51,421 bases of DNA from Octopus bimaculoides (Eukaryota), in contig NC_068984.1 of the NCBI RefSeq assembly GCF_001194135.2, positions 52,628,496 through 52,679,916 on the forward strand, read 5' to 3'. Positions 25,020 to 37,210 of this stretch are shown here, in pieces. Numbering within the stretch: position 1 is the stretch's first letter; every line of letters begins with the position of its first letter. The notes beneath the pieces were generated by a model. The model was not told where the DNA came from and searched no databases. It saw only the letters and a program-made list of their open reading frames with translations. A program made the position numbers and the translations under genes.

Positions 25020-25290
25020 CATTATCATCATCATCATCATCACCCTATCATTATCCTCATCATTTAACGTCCGTTTGCCAAGCTGGCTTGGGTTAGACGA
25101 TTTGACTGGAGTTGGGAAGCCGGAGAACTGCACCAGGCTCCAGTCTGTTTTCGCTTGGTTCCCTACGGCGGAATGCCCTTCCTAACACCAACCATTCTAG
25201 AGTGTACTGGTTGTTTTTTGCGTGTCATCGGCACGGGTGCCTTCTACGTGCTGGCAGCACTGGCCACGGCCACGATTTTACTTAGCTTAA
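25020..25290 (-). mobile_element. Family C retroposon copy, (ATC)n tail on the + strand
   Basis: TTTAACGTCCG, GACGATTTGACTG and ATGCCCTTCCTAAC are reverse-complement matches to 1-246. Confidence 0.75.
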
Positions 25291-25636
25291 CCTGTTTGCT
25301 CAAATACAACAAATCGCCAGAAGTTTCGACCACTTGTCATCGCCTCCGCAGGGAGACAAAATTAAATATTACGTTACCGTTTCTGCCTGCCACTCTTTGT
25401 ATGTGATGATAACATTGATAAGTTAATGCAATGTTAAGATGTGAAGGATAAAGAAAACCAGCATATTTCCTTGAAAGATTTGTGTGTGGGAGGTGGATTT
25501 GTAGATTATAGCAGCAGTGATGTAATAACGAGTGCCAATGAGATAACAATAGATCAAGTTCTGAGATTATAGATAGATTATGAAAATTATGAAAATTCTT
25601 TGCGCATGAGTGATGAAATTTTATCCTTCTACAAAC

Positions 25637-25711
25637 TCTTCTTCTTCTTCTTCTTCTTCTTCTTCTTCTTCTTCTTCTTCTTCTTCTTCTTCTTCTTCTT
25701 CTTCTTCTTCT
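25637..25711. repeat. (TTC)n microsatellite
   Basis: Direct reading. Confidence 0.95.
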
Positions 25712-26248
25712 TTATTTATTTCTTTATTTATTTATTGCATATTTATTTTTGCGCAACCAAATCGGTAGACTTTGCTACTTAACTGAAGATTAAGCAAGTA
25801 TTTCACTTAGAAAGTTAATTAATACTGTTGCTATTCTAACCAATGTGTTTCCGCATATATGTTTCCATTACATTTATATTTCCATGACTTAAATTCGTGT
25901 ACTTTATGTCTACGAGTGAAAACAGTTGTTTTGCTTAGTCTAGATCAAAAATGATCGAGCAGACCCACAATTAAAAGCGTCATAAACATCGCCATCCCTT
26001 TTTTCTTTTTTCCTCCAAAGATTATATCCCATATTTTTAAATACTGTAATGTCTGATTTGAGACAGATTTGATCATCATTTCCAACAGCTCATGAGATCA
26101 CGTAGTAGTTTCTTCGTAGACTTGTGTGAAAGAGTTAATCGCTGTTGTTTAGACCTAGACCAGACCGCTTTTGTTTAGACCTCATTGAGCAGACCTTATG
26201 ATCAAAGGTGTTCCTTGCGTGACCAAACTGTTTTTTTTTTCAAATATA

Positions 26249-26600
26249 GTCGTGGGCGTGGTTGTGTGGTAAGAAGCTGGCTTCACAACCACATGGTTTC
26301 AGGTTCAGTCCTACTGCATGGCACCTTGGGCTAGTGTCTTCTACTATAGCCTCGGGCTGACCAAAGCCTTGTGAGTGGATTTGGTTGACGGAGACGGTGT
26401 GTGTGTGTCTTTGTGTCTGTGTTTGTTCCACCACCATCGCTTGACAACCGATATTGGTGTGTTTACGTCCTCGTAAACTTGCGGTTCGTCAAAAGACACC
26501 GATAGAATAAGCAGTAAGTTTACAAAATCCTGGGGTCGATTTCTTCGACTAAAACTCTTTAAGGCGGAGCTCCAGCATGGCCCCTGTCAAATGACTGAAG
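26249..26600 (+). mobile_element. SINE family A, near full length
   Basis: All family A modules present. Confidence 0.85.
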
Positions 26601-27056
26601 CGATCGACCAAGTAGCGGCTTTATCAAAAGAGTAATATATTTATGTAATTCAGAAGTAAGTGTGCTTTTAGCTTCATGGTCTACTTCTGCAAGGATAGAA
26701 CAGGACAATTATTTTCGAAAGTGGATCATTTTGTCTCTGCCTTGATATGTTTAGCAGAAAGAACAATAAATAAATCATAGTATTGTTGTTGAGAAAAATT
26801 AAGAAACAAAATAAAACAAAACAAATTTTTTTTTTTTTTAAACCAGAGAAAAGAATTCGCCTGTTAAAACATTTGGAAACTAATTAAGTATGTTAAGGGC
26901 GTGAAACATATGAAAGAAAAGTTGGCAAACGCAAAGACTGCCTCATTTTATCGAAAGTTTAACCGCGAATGTAGATTCATAAACAGAAGATAAGTTTTTC
27001 GTGTATTGTTTTAAACAGAAGATAACTTATTCGTGTATTATTTTAAGCTATCTGTA

Positions 27057-27683
27057 CACCCTCTCCTCTTCTTACGACCGAGTTCCATTCCGACTGACAG
27101 GTCGTAAGTCAATATGGTCGTATGTCGAATTTATATTTTTCAACACTATTGTCATTCAAACGGGTTATAAAAATATAAAACACAAAAACTTAAACCATTA
27201 TTATTGTACATAATGTGAAAAAAACATAATATGTACTCTATTATACTGTAAACAAAAATACAATCTAAAATTAATGCAAAAATTAATACAAATGAAATTC
27301 CGTATACATACGATAGAAAAAAATTGTTCCTGTAAAAAAGTGCAATTGAAAATGAATTTTTAATCTTCACACTGATGTTTTTGGGTTGAGATAGATGGGT
27401 TTTCGAGAAACATGGTGAGCTTTGTTTGAATAGTTTTTTCTTCTTTTATTTTTCTTCTTATTATATCTTACAATAACCATACACACCATCTTGCAAAGCA
27501 TTCGACATTGGATGCGTTCGATAGTGGATGCCTAGGTTTGAGGGAGACCTGCTTTGCCAGATGCTGCCAAAGTTATCGTACGCGCAGCTGCCCAACGTCC
27601 GAAAATCGATTATTTATTTATTTATTGTGGCCGTAAGTGCGGATGGTCATAAGTTGCATAGGTCGTAAGTCAAGGAGAAGGTG
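27057..27683. mobile_element. Tc1/pogo-type MITE with TA duplication
   Basis: TA|CACCCTCTCCTCTTCTTACGACC ... GGTCGTAAGTCAAGGAGAAGGTG|TA; TIR identity 19/23. Confidence 0.7.
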
Positions 27684-27789
27684 TACTTTCTAAGGAATAT
27701 ATTTATAGATTTTAGCCAATATTTAAATACTTTATCTGTATATGCAACGTCATATCTTGGTGGACGAGTTTTAGTCCTTTACCTTTAGA

Positions 27790-28245
27790 TATATTTTGCT
27801 TCCTTCAGTCATTAGACTGCGGTCATATTGGGGCATCACTTTGAAGTGTTTAATCGAACTAATTGAGCCAGTAACTATCTCTTTAAGTCTGGTACATATT
27901 CTATCGGATTCTTTTGCCGAACCGCTAGTTTGCAGGGACGTAAACAAACCAACACCAGTTGTCAAACGGTGATAGGAAGAAACACGGACACAAAGACACA
28001 TACATATACATACATACAGAGACAAACATACATTTCTATCTATATACATACGCGCACAAACACACACACACACATACGCGCGTGCGGCGGGTTTTTTTTT
28101 AAATTTCTGTCAGCCAAATCCACTGACAAGGCTTTAATCAGTCCGGAGCCATAGTAGAAGGCACTTGCCCAAGCTGCCACGAAGTGGGACTGAAACCGGA
28201 ACGATCCGGTTGGGAAGCGAACTTCTTACCACACAGTCACGCCTG
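27790..28245 (-). mobile_element. SINE family A, near full length
   Basis: All family A modules on the minus strand. Confidence 0.85.
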
Positions 28246-28491
28246 AATACCTTTACAGAGAAGACAAAGTGAGTTAGTAAAAGTGAGAGAGTGTGGGAAG
28301 TTGGGTCTCATAGCTGCTGACAGTAAATTTCATTTTTCCATTTGACCATTGTCTTTAGTCGCTGCCTTGCTTGTGATCATGATTCTAGCGTTCCGCTCCT
28401 TAATTGATGGTAGTTGTCTCTGACTCGAGTTGTCATTCATTAACTAACTGACTGAGTTGTCACGAGCCGACTGAGTTGTGACCAAGAGACT

Positions 28492-28524
28492 AACTGATTT
28501 TTGCTTAAGGTTCTTGCTTTTATA
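28492..28524 (-). promoter_or_regulatory. Candidate Pol II core promoter (TATA + Inr)
   Basis: Minus strand TATAAAAG starts at 28524; TCAGTT initiator has its A at 28495, placing TATA at -29. Confidence 0.4.
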
Positions 28525-28994
28525 ACTATCCAGAAGGATAGACATATCATTGAGAACAATGGATTTAGTTGTTGGTAATTATGATCTTAATTCTTAGCTT
28601 TTGGTAGTCTAGGAGAGGTTACAAGGGTTAAGTGGTGAAGACATTATTTCGATCTCGCTAAGGCATCTGAAAAATGTAAAACTGCTGTCACAGAAAAAAC
28701 CATTGTTCCACCGTGAGAAAAGTTCTGTTGAAGTGTTAATTTAAATTTGGCTATGGTGGATCGAATCCACTTCATGCCGGCAAGATCCACTACACCTTCT
28801 TGAACTGTTCACAAAAGCATTTCTAATAAACCTGTTATTACTAAAGGTGAATAAATAAATTGGATAAAATGAACACATAAATTAATATAATGCATTCTTG
28901 ATAAATCTATTCGTAAACCATAAGTGCATTCTTAATGTTTTGTTTCAATACTATGTTGCACTACAGAACAGATCGATGGAGATTTATCAGTATT

Positions 28995-29208
28995 CTTTTC
29001 TATTCTAGGCACGAGGTCCGAAATTTTGGGGGTGGAGGTCAGTCGATTAGATCGACTCCAGTACGCAACTGCTACTTAATGTATCGACCCCAAAAAGGAT
29101 GAAAGGAAAAGTCGATCTAGGCGGAATTTGAACTCAGAACATAAGGACAGACGAAATACCGCTAAGCATTTCGCCCGGCGTGCTAACGTTTCTGCTAGCT
29201 CGCTGCTT
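28995..29208 (-). mobile_element. SINE family B, full length with TSD
   Basis: Direct repeat TGGAGATTTATCA(G/A)TATT at 28977-28994 and 29209-29226. Confidence 0.9.
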
Positions 29209-29400
29209 TGGAGATTTATCAATATTGTATCAATGAATGTAAAGGTTAACATGCAGTTTACGGCAGTGAAAGGATCCTTAAAATAAAAAAAAGTAAATTG
29301 TGATAGGAAGTGGTTGTGACGTCAATGACATCCCATAATTTCATGAAAACAATGAATATGACATTACCAATGTATAGAACGTACACATATTTAATATACC

Positions 29401-29458
29401 ATAAAAACCGTAGATATATTTTATATGAGATAAAAACCGTATATATATTTTATATGAG
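29401..29458. repeat. 29-bp tandem duplication
   Basis: ATAAAAACCGTA(G/T)ATATATTTTATATGAG x2. Confidence 0.9.
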
Positions 29459-30104
29459 ATGAAAACAATTACATTTCTCAGCGGTGTTCGTTGTATAGCA
29501 TATTGGAACGTTGTACTTGAGCTGATTTTTCTGAAATATTTAACACATCATTAAAATACTCTATACATGTAGATGCATGTTGATGTGACATAATGAGAGA
29601 GTTCTTTATGTTTTTTTAAAAAGAATTTTGAGGATGTCACCACTTCCAGTTTCAATTGCAGTTTACTTTCACATTTTAGGACAATTTACTTTCACATTTT
29701 TACGACCGTAAACCAATGTAAGTACCTTGTTTGGATGCAGAATACAATATCTTTGAGGACATAAAAAAGGGGATTAGCTGAACTTGTTTCAAACCTGTGT
29801 TGGTATTTATTATAATTTATCATAACTTTAGATTATAATATGTAATATCATATTGTATGAAATTATCTAAAATTATTAAATGTTTGGAGAATGAAACAGC
29901 AAGTTCCTGGATTTCTCAGTTGTTTGAAGAGAAGACATTTATCATCTTCATTTGTTTGTCTTCGCACTGTTGTTAAAATTAGTCTATCAAGCTCGTATCT
30001 TTATGTTATGTTATAATGATCCCATACAGCACTGTTCCTTTTAACACTGTATGTATGTATGTATGTATGTATGTATGTATGTATGTATGTGTGTGTGTGC
30101 AAAC

Positions 30105-30166
<62 letters not shown>

Positions 30167-30506
30167 GAAAATATAAATAGAAGAGTAATGAACAAAAATT
30201 TTATGTTGGAAATGTGTGTGTGTGCGTGCGTATGTATTTGTGTGTGTGTATGTGTGCGTATGTATTTGTGTGTGTATGTGTGTAATATTATCAAATAAAA
30301 TATTTACTTAGTCAACCGGTTTCGCTTATGGTAATCATGACTTAATAGTAGTAATGTTTTTATTTCTTGTTATCATAAGTTTTCCTTCCATGCTAGTTGT
30401 AGAACAGATGTTTTGTATCGAAGGATAATCTACTTATAATCAATTTACTCCACCCACCAAAAAAGGTAATTACCTCCCCTAAAATATATTTACTATATAT
30501 ATATAC

Positions 30507-30538
<32 letters not shown>

Positions 30539-30644
30539 TCCAACACAAATTTTTTTCATTTTACTTCTGTTTTATTACAACTTTGTAGTACAATTCACGA
30601 AGTTGAATTTTTTCTCGAACTTTTTCACTATATATGTATATTAT

Positions 30645-30849
30645 CTTTTACCTTTCAGTCATTAGACTGTAGCCATGCTGGGGCACCGCCTTGGAGGATC
30701 TTTAGTCAAATGAATCAATCCTAGTACTTATTTTTTAAAGCTTGGTACATGTTTTATTGATCACTTTTGCTGAACCACTAAGTTACGGGGACGGAAACAC
30801 ACCAATACCGGTTATCAAGTTCTGATGGGGGAAAACACAGACATAAAGG

Positions 30850-30888
<39 letters not shown>

Positions 30889-31008
30889 GACGGACTTCTT
30901 TCAGTTTCCATCTACCAAATCTACTTACAAGGCTTTGGTCGACCCAGGATGCTACACAGTGGGACTGAACCTGGAACCATGTGGTTGAGAAGCAAACTTC
31001 TTATCACA
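30645..31008 (-). mobile_element. SINE family A with an internal deletion
   Basis: Tail, central (CA)n and head modules present; the CORE-like segment is missing. Confidence 0.8.
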
Positions 31009-32005
31009 TTCTTTTAGTCTTTTAATTATTTTTACTTGTTTCAGTCAACTGATTACAGAATGATGAATTATCACTTTCAAGGGTTTACGCAATCAAATCG
31101 TCTACCAAATCTACCCAGTAATTATTTTGAGTTTTGTAATTACCACATCGTCTGCTTTTGCCGAACCACAAAGTTACGGGAAAGTAAGCAAACATCGCAT
31201 TTCAAATGGTTAAAGATAAGGATACACAAAGACGCACACATATAGTGTATCATCTATTGACATCGGCATAGCTTTTGTTTCTATTTTCCGTTATCCATAC
31301 CTGTTTCATTTAACTTGACACCGCTCTAAGAGACAGCAGAAACTGTTGGCTAGCAAAACAACTTGCCATGCTACTATGTCTATGTGATGTATAGAAATAG
31401 CACTTTCAGAATCAACTTCTTCAACGAATTATCACAAAGAATCATCCTCTCGTCTATTCTTTTCAACCTAGACCGTCCCATACTTTCACAAAACATAAGG
31501 CAATTCCAAATTACTCCACCCCCTCAAATCCCCTTACCATTCCTCTTGACACTGCTGCACAATTATTCCAGCTCTCTGTTTAAGTCGCTTAGAAACATGG
31601 CTCCAAACATCTACCAAATAGTACCTACCAAATAAACTGCCTCCTTTCTTAACAACAACATCAGTAAATACCAAACATAACCAGTAATCAAGTTCATCAA
31701 CATTAACAAACCCAGTAGAGTAGCTTGGGGTTGGGGCAGAGGGAGCAGTCTGCCTCGAGCAATGCTTTTATAGGGGGGACTGCTTTGGGGTCTGGTGTAT
31801 AAGCTTATATAGGTTGTTTGCGGGGTGGATCAGCAAATTCTAGAGCTACTCCTGGTGTCACACACTCAAGTTACGCCTCATACCATAACACAGAAGATAA
31901 AATCACGATGAGTTATGCACAACAGGTTACTATCCTGTGATTAGCGAATATAATACAAGTGACAAATGAGACTAAAACGTCGTCTGTATAAGGTCGCTAC
32001 AAATT

Positions 32006-32597
32006 GGGAATCTTTTTTAAAACGGGGGCCACATTTTTCATTAATGTTTTACGTAGTGTTTTTGGTACGGAAAGACTTTCAAACTTCGTATACTTATCTA
32101 TTTTGTGTTATAGAACAGAAAAATATTTTTGTATTCGAATTTATTCCATGTAAAAAATTGTCTTATTTCGATAATTTCAACCAATCACTGCCAAGTATTC
32201 AGTTGTTTATATTTACTCCTTTGGCTGATTAAGCCATAGCTTCGTTTTATTTGCTTTTTTCATTTGCTTTTTTTTCTTCGTTTTATTTGCTTTTTTCTTT
32301 TTAAATTTGCTGTTTTACCCTAACCCTAACCCTAACCCTAACCCTATCACCGATAGAATTGTTTCAGAATCGTTTGTTTATGTAGTCGGCACTTAATGTA
32401 TATCGGCTGAATGGACGTTAGTGATTGGTTGAAATTACAGAAATACGACAACTTTAACATGGAATAACTTAGGGATTTCTTTTTTTTTAAAGAAGACTAA
32501 GAGAAAAAGATGTTTTATATGACACATTCTACCAGTGTTCCAAGTTTCAAAGTGTTTCGTTAATGAAAAATGTGGCCCCCGTTTTAAAAAAGATCCC
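32006..32597. mobile_element. MITE-like element related to 20549-21533, with internal (TAACCC)4
   Basis: TIR GGGA(A)TCTTTTTTAAAACGGGGGCCACATTTTTCATTAA at both ends; flanked by direct AAATT (32001-32005 and 32598-32602); subterminal arms homologous to the 20.5-kb element. Confidence 0.85.
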
Positions 32598-33242
32598 AAA
32601 TTGGGCAATAAAGGGCGAGTCAATTTAACTGATATCAGTAGTTAACCGGTGTTTCATTAACCTTGGATGGATGAAAAACAAAACTGACCTTTGCAAAATT
32701 TCCTCTTAGAACTAAAAGGCATATAAATAAATAAATACCGTAATGCATTTTAGGCGTCGTTCAATCGATTGTATTAATACGCCGCTCTAACAACTCTTGT
32801 AATAAGAGCTATTAAAAGCCAGATACAAAAACACTCGAAACAGAATCTATTTAACTTTGAATGTTTTCTTTAATGAGCAAGCTGTACGTTGGTATTATGT
32901 ATCGTTTCTTTCAGTAATATTGTTCTAAGTGTATATATTTATCTTAAACCACTGGTTGGTGACTCAGCAGATAACCCTACTCGAAGGTGATGCCTATCTG
33001 CTTCTATTATATATCAAATAAGATTCTGCATAAACCAATAGGAATGAAAAGATAAAAAGAGTCAAAGTTAAGTGAGTAGTTGGGTTTGTAAGTTGTACTG
33101 TTTGATAAACAAAACTGTATGTGTGTGTGTGAGTGTGCACACATCAGTTTGTGTTATCGCTGCTGGTGGTTCATGCACACTAACTAAAATTATATCACTC
33201 ATACACATCTATGTAAATTACCAATTAGCAATACGTATGCTA

Positions 33243-33309
<67 letters not shown>

Positions 33310-33377
33310 ATGTAGATAGATAGACAGACAGATATTTATCTGTATGTTTATCTGTCTATCTATCTATCTGTCTAGAT

Positions 33378-35479
33378 CAATGTCTGTCAAATTGTGCCAC
33401 GAGAGATTCCTGGAGTGCCGCGAAAAATATTTTTGAGATTTTTGGAGGACAAGAACATTCGCAAAGTTCGAACGTAAACATAAATTAGTTATATAAATTG
33501 TAAAATACGGTAAATGTAAATTAATTACGTTACACGACGAACAGCAGTTTTGCTAATATATTACATTTTTGCATTTAAACTCGGATTGTCTGTCAGTAAA
33601 TTGTTTAGTAGTCCTAGTAGTTTTTAATTTTTGATTTATTTATAAATTACATAAATTATTCTATGTTAACTTTAATCGATTTTTAGTTTTAGATTTAAAC
33701 ATGGACAAATTTTTATTGAGACCTCAGAAAATGGAGAAAGAGAGTCATAGCAAACAAGACGGACACCGAAATAAAAAGTCTACATCATCAAAAAATATAT
33801 ATAATGAAGATTACATCCAATATGGTTTTATATTATCGAAAAAAGACAACTCGGTTCCTTTTTGTATGATTTGTTTAACAACACTCTCCAATGAAGCGAT
33901 GATTCCCAGTAAACTTCAACGTCATTTAATAACAAATCATCCACAACATAAGGACAAACCAAAAGAATACTTTGAGATGCTACAAAATAACTCTAAAATT
34001 CAATCAAAAAGGCTGAAGAAATTTCATTCAATTTCCGATAAAGCTCAAATCGGTGGTTACAAATCGCTGGCAAAGATGAAAAAAAACACATTCTGATGCT
34101 GAAAACATTATTTTACCAGTCTTGGAGATCGCCATTGGTACAATGATTAGTGATGAAGCCGTCAAACAGATTAAGACCATTCCTTTGTCTGCACACATGA
34201 TTTCTCGTAAAATTCAAAACATTTCGAGAGACATTGATAATCAGCTCTGCGAACAATTCACTGAAGCAAGAAATGAACTCGAAAGCTTGTGGGCCTTACA
34301 AATTGATGAAAGTACAGACATCAGTAACAAAGCTCAACTAATTTCACTTCTGCGAATCATCAGAGTGGTGTAATCATAAGTTTTTCTTTTGTTGTGAATT
34401 GAAGGAAAGAACGACTGTCTTTAACCTGGTAAACCAAAATGTCGTATTGAGAGGGATGCAGTGGCAAACTTGTGTTAGCGTTTGCACTGATGGCGCTCAA
34501 TCTATGCAGGATCGAAAAACGGCTTCGTGGCTCATGTATTACAAAAAAAAAAATTACTAGTTAAAATTGTACATTGCATTTTTCACCGCGAAGTTTTGAT
34601 GTCAAAATCTCTACCTGCTGGTCTCCTGAAGACGATGGACAACGTTGTTAAAGTGCTGAGTTACACAAAATCGCATTCCCTATAGTGCAGACTTTTTGCA
34701 TCCCTGTGTGAAACTATGGATTCTGATTTTAAGTGTTTACTGCTTCATACAGAAGTGCGATGGCTCTCGAAAGGAAAAGTACTCTTTCGATTTATCTCTT
34801 TGCGAACTGAAATAATATGTTTCTTCGATGCTGAAAATTCTGGATTTGAATTTCTTAATGATAATAATTGGTGGCTGGAAGTAGCATTTCTCAACGATCT
34901 TTTTGAGAAGTTGAATGTTTTAAATTTGAGTCTACAAGGAGCGAACGAAAATATTATTACAATTACAAGCAAATTAAAGTCTTTCACCGACAAGTTAGAA
35001 CTGTGAAAAAGGAAAGTTAAAAACTTGCAGCTTGATTGCTTCGCAGTCGTAACGGCTTTTCCAAACAAATTAAAAGTTTTGTCATTTTCCAAGTATTTTA
35101 CCTCACTTCATTATCAAATGTACGAGTGGGTCATGAATCTTTTCGCAAGATACGACTGTACAAACCTGCCATTAACATTAACAGAAGAAAAGAAAATTAA
35201 TAGACTTGAAAAGCGATCTTGTGCACAAAACCCTATTTTATGTGCTAGAATTGTCAGAATTTTGGATTTCGCTTTGAAGCCAATATCCTCGATTAGCTAC
35301 TACAGCCGTTAAATCTCTGTTGCCCTTTGGATCATCGTATCTCTGCGCTTATGGAAAGGAAGTAAAAAACAAAAAAACGATTACAGATGGTAAATGAGGA
35401 GTTACGTATTTGTTTATCTAATTTAGAGCTGCGTTTTGACAAAATTCTTTCTCAAAATCAATTGCATCCTTCTCACTAA
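33378..35479 (+). pseudogene. hAT transposon, Buster/Charlie type (ZBED5/SCAND3-like transposase), multiply disrupted
   Basis: BED finger (YNEDYIQYGF..CMIC..LSNEAMIPSKLQRHL), LQIDESTDIS, CTDGA, HCIFHREVL, LLLHTEVRWLSKGKVL and terminal QLHPSH* (stop 35477-35479). The 5' TIR-like CAATGTCTGTCAAA is preceded by GTCTAGAT. Confidence 0.92.
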
Positions 35480-35514
35480 AAACATTATTTTTCTATTATA
35501 TGTATATATACATA

Positions 35515-36722
35515 CAGGGGTTGGACAAAATAATGGAAACACCTTAAAATTTCAAACAAATTAATTTTAATATGGATTAGGACTGCCTTTGGCAGTAATT
35601 ACAGCTTGAATTCTACGGTTTATGGACTCGTACAAAGTTTGAATTGTTTCCAAAGAAATTTTTGTTCATTTTCAGCTAAAACAGTCTCCAGTTCTTGTAG
35701 TGATGATGGTGGAGGATATCAGTTCCTTAAATGTTTTTCTAAAATGCACCATATATGTTCAATAATATTGAACTCTGGGGACTGGTGGCCAGATAAGATG
35801 TTCAACTTCACTAGAATGTTCCTCGTGCCATTCAGTAACTACTTTAGCTGTATAAATTGGCGCATTATCATCCTGAAAGATTGCGTTTCCCTCCGGAAAC
35901 AGTTCCACAACCATAAGATGAATTTGATCAGATAAAATGCTTAAATAGTCTTGACTATTAGTTCTGCCATGAAGGGAAACCATTGGGCCGGCGGATTTCC
36001 AAGATATAGCCCCCAAGATCATAACAGATTCTCCTCCATGTTTAACAGATGGAAGAAGGCAGTCTTGGTCAGATGCTTCTGTTGGCTGTCTCCACACGTA
36101 TACTCGGCCGATGGTCGGAAATAAGGTAAAGGATGACTCGTCTAAGAAGATAACATTCTTCCACTGCTCTGGGGGCCAATTCTGTAGGTTTTTACACCAC
36201 TCTAAACGCCTTGCAGCGTTTGTTTTTGAAAGTAGTGGTTTTCTGATTGCAGCCCTCCCGTGAAATCCGGCTTTGTGCAGCTCCCGGTGAACAGTTTTTG
36301 TGGAAACTGGGTTCTCGAAGTGGTCATTAAGCTCTGCAGTAATTTTAGAAGAGGTACTTTTGTGATCCTTTCTAAGAATTCGCGTAAGAGTCCGACAGTC
36401 CCTATATGAATGTTTTGGTTTTCTTCCGGAGTTTTGTTTCGACGAGGAGGTCTTTCTTTCTTTCTCAAAGGCTGTCATTACTTTCGTGACAGTACTTCTT
36501 GATACACTAAACATTTCGGCTGTTTTCGTTATGCTAGCGCCTTCCATACGAGCACCAACAATTTGATCTCTTTGAAAGTCCGATAGAGTTGTCATTTTAA
36601 TGAATTTTAATTACCTTTTTCTGATGTTATCTGAAAAGAAACAGCAATTTTAGCAAAACATATTAAGCAACACTAATAATAAATGAAAAAAAAAACATAA
36701 AAATTAACATGCTTTTGACGGT
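35515..36722 (-). mobile_element. Tc1-family transposon, DD36E (Incomer-like), one TIR retained
   Basis: TA|CAGGGGTTGGACAAAATAATGGAAACACC at 35515-35543; no matching TIR at the other end; ~1.2 kb long. Confidence 0.88.
35567..36595 (-). pseudogene. Tc1 DDE transposase; first 278 codons open, C-terminus frameshifted
   Basis: Paired-like HTH N-terminus, GRKP, FLDES, TVKHGG-like SVKHGG, FQDDNAP. Restoring a 2-nt deletion near 35783 gives WPPQSPEFNIIEH, and a further frame gives YESINRRIQAVITAKGSPNPY*. Confidence 0.92.
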
Positions 36723-37059
36723 TTGTGGGTAGAGGGTGATGTGCTAGCAACCTTCTCTCTCTCCTTACAGCTTTACAAAATAAGCAACAACACAACTACG
36801 CAGAGGCAGCCATGGTTGAAACAAGAACAAGAACAACAAGCATTCTTAAAGGAGATAAGAAGGACGGTCATTCCTCACCCAAGTGACCTTATCTTATCGC
36901 CCATCACTTGTAATGCGCTCATAAATTAGTTTCATAGTTGAGCTCCGGTTGGCTGTATGCAAATGAGTTCATAACTGGGGTCCGGAATTCTCGTGAGAAA
37001 ATTCGCCAGCGGGACACAATGTAATAAGACTGGAACTTTAAATTACATATACAATCCAT

Positions 37060-37210
37060 CGGACGGGATTTCGGACAGTTTCTATCTACAGTTACCCTCA
37101 CATGGCTTTAACTGACCCGAGCCCATGCTAAAAGACCCTTGCTCAAGATGCCATGAATTTACATTGAATCTGCGATCTCATGATTGGGAAGCGAACTTCT
37201 TAAACATTTG
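37060..37210 (-). mobile_element. SINE family A, decayed 5' half
   Basis: TTTCGGACAGTTTCTATCTAC...TGCTCAAGATGCCA...GGGAAGCGAACTTCTTA. Confidence 0.6.

Noticed and set aside
28420-28480. Short repeats with spacers as a CRISPR-like array
   Set aside because: Only three 11-12 bp units, eukaryotic context and no cas genes.
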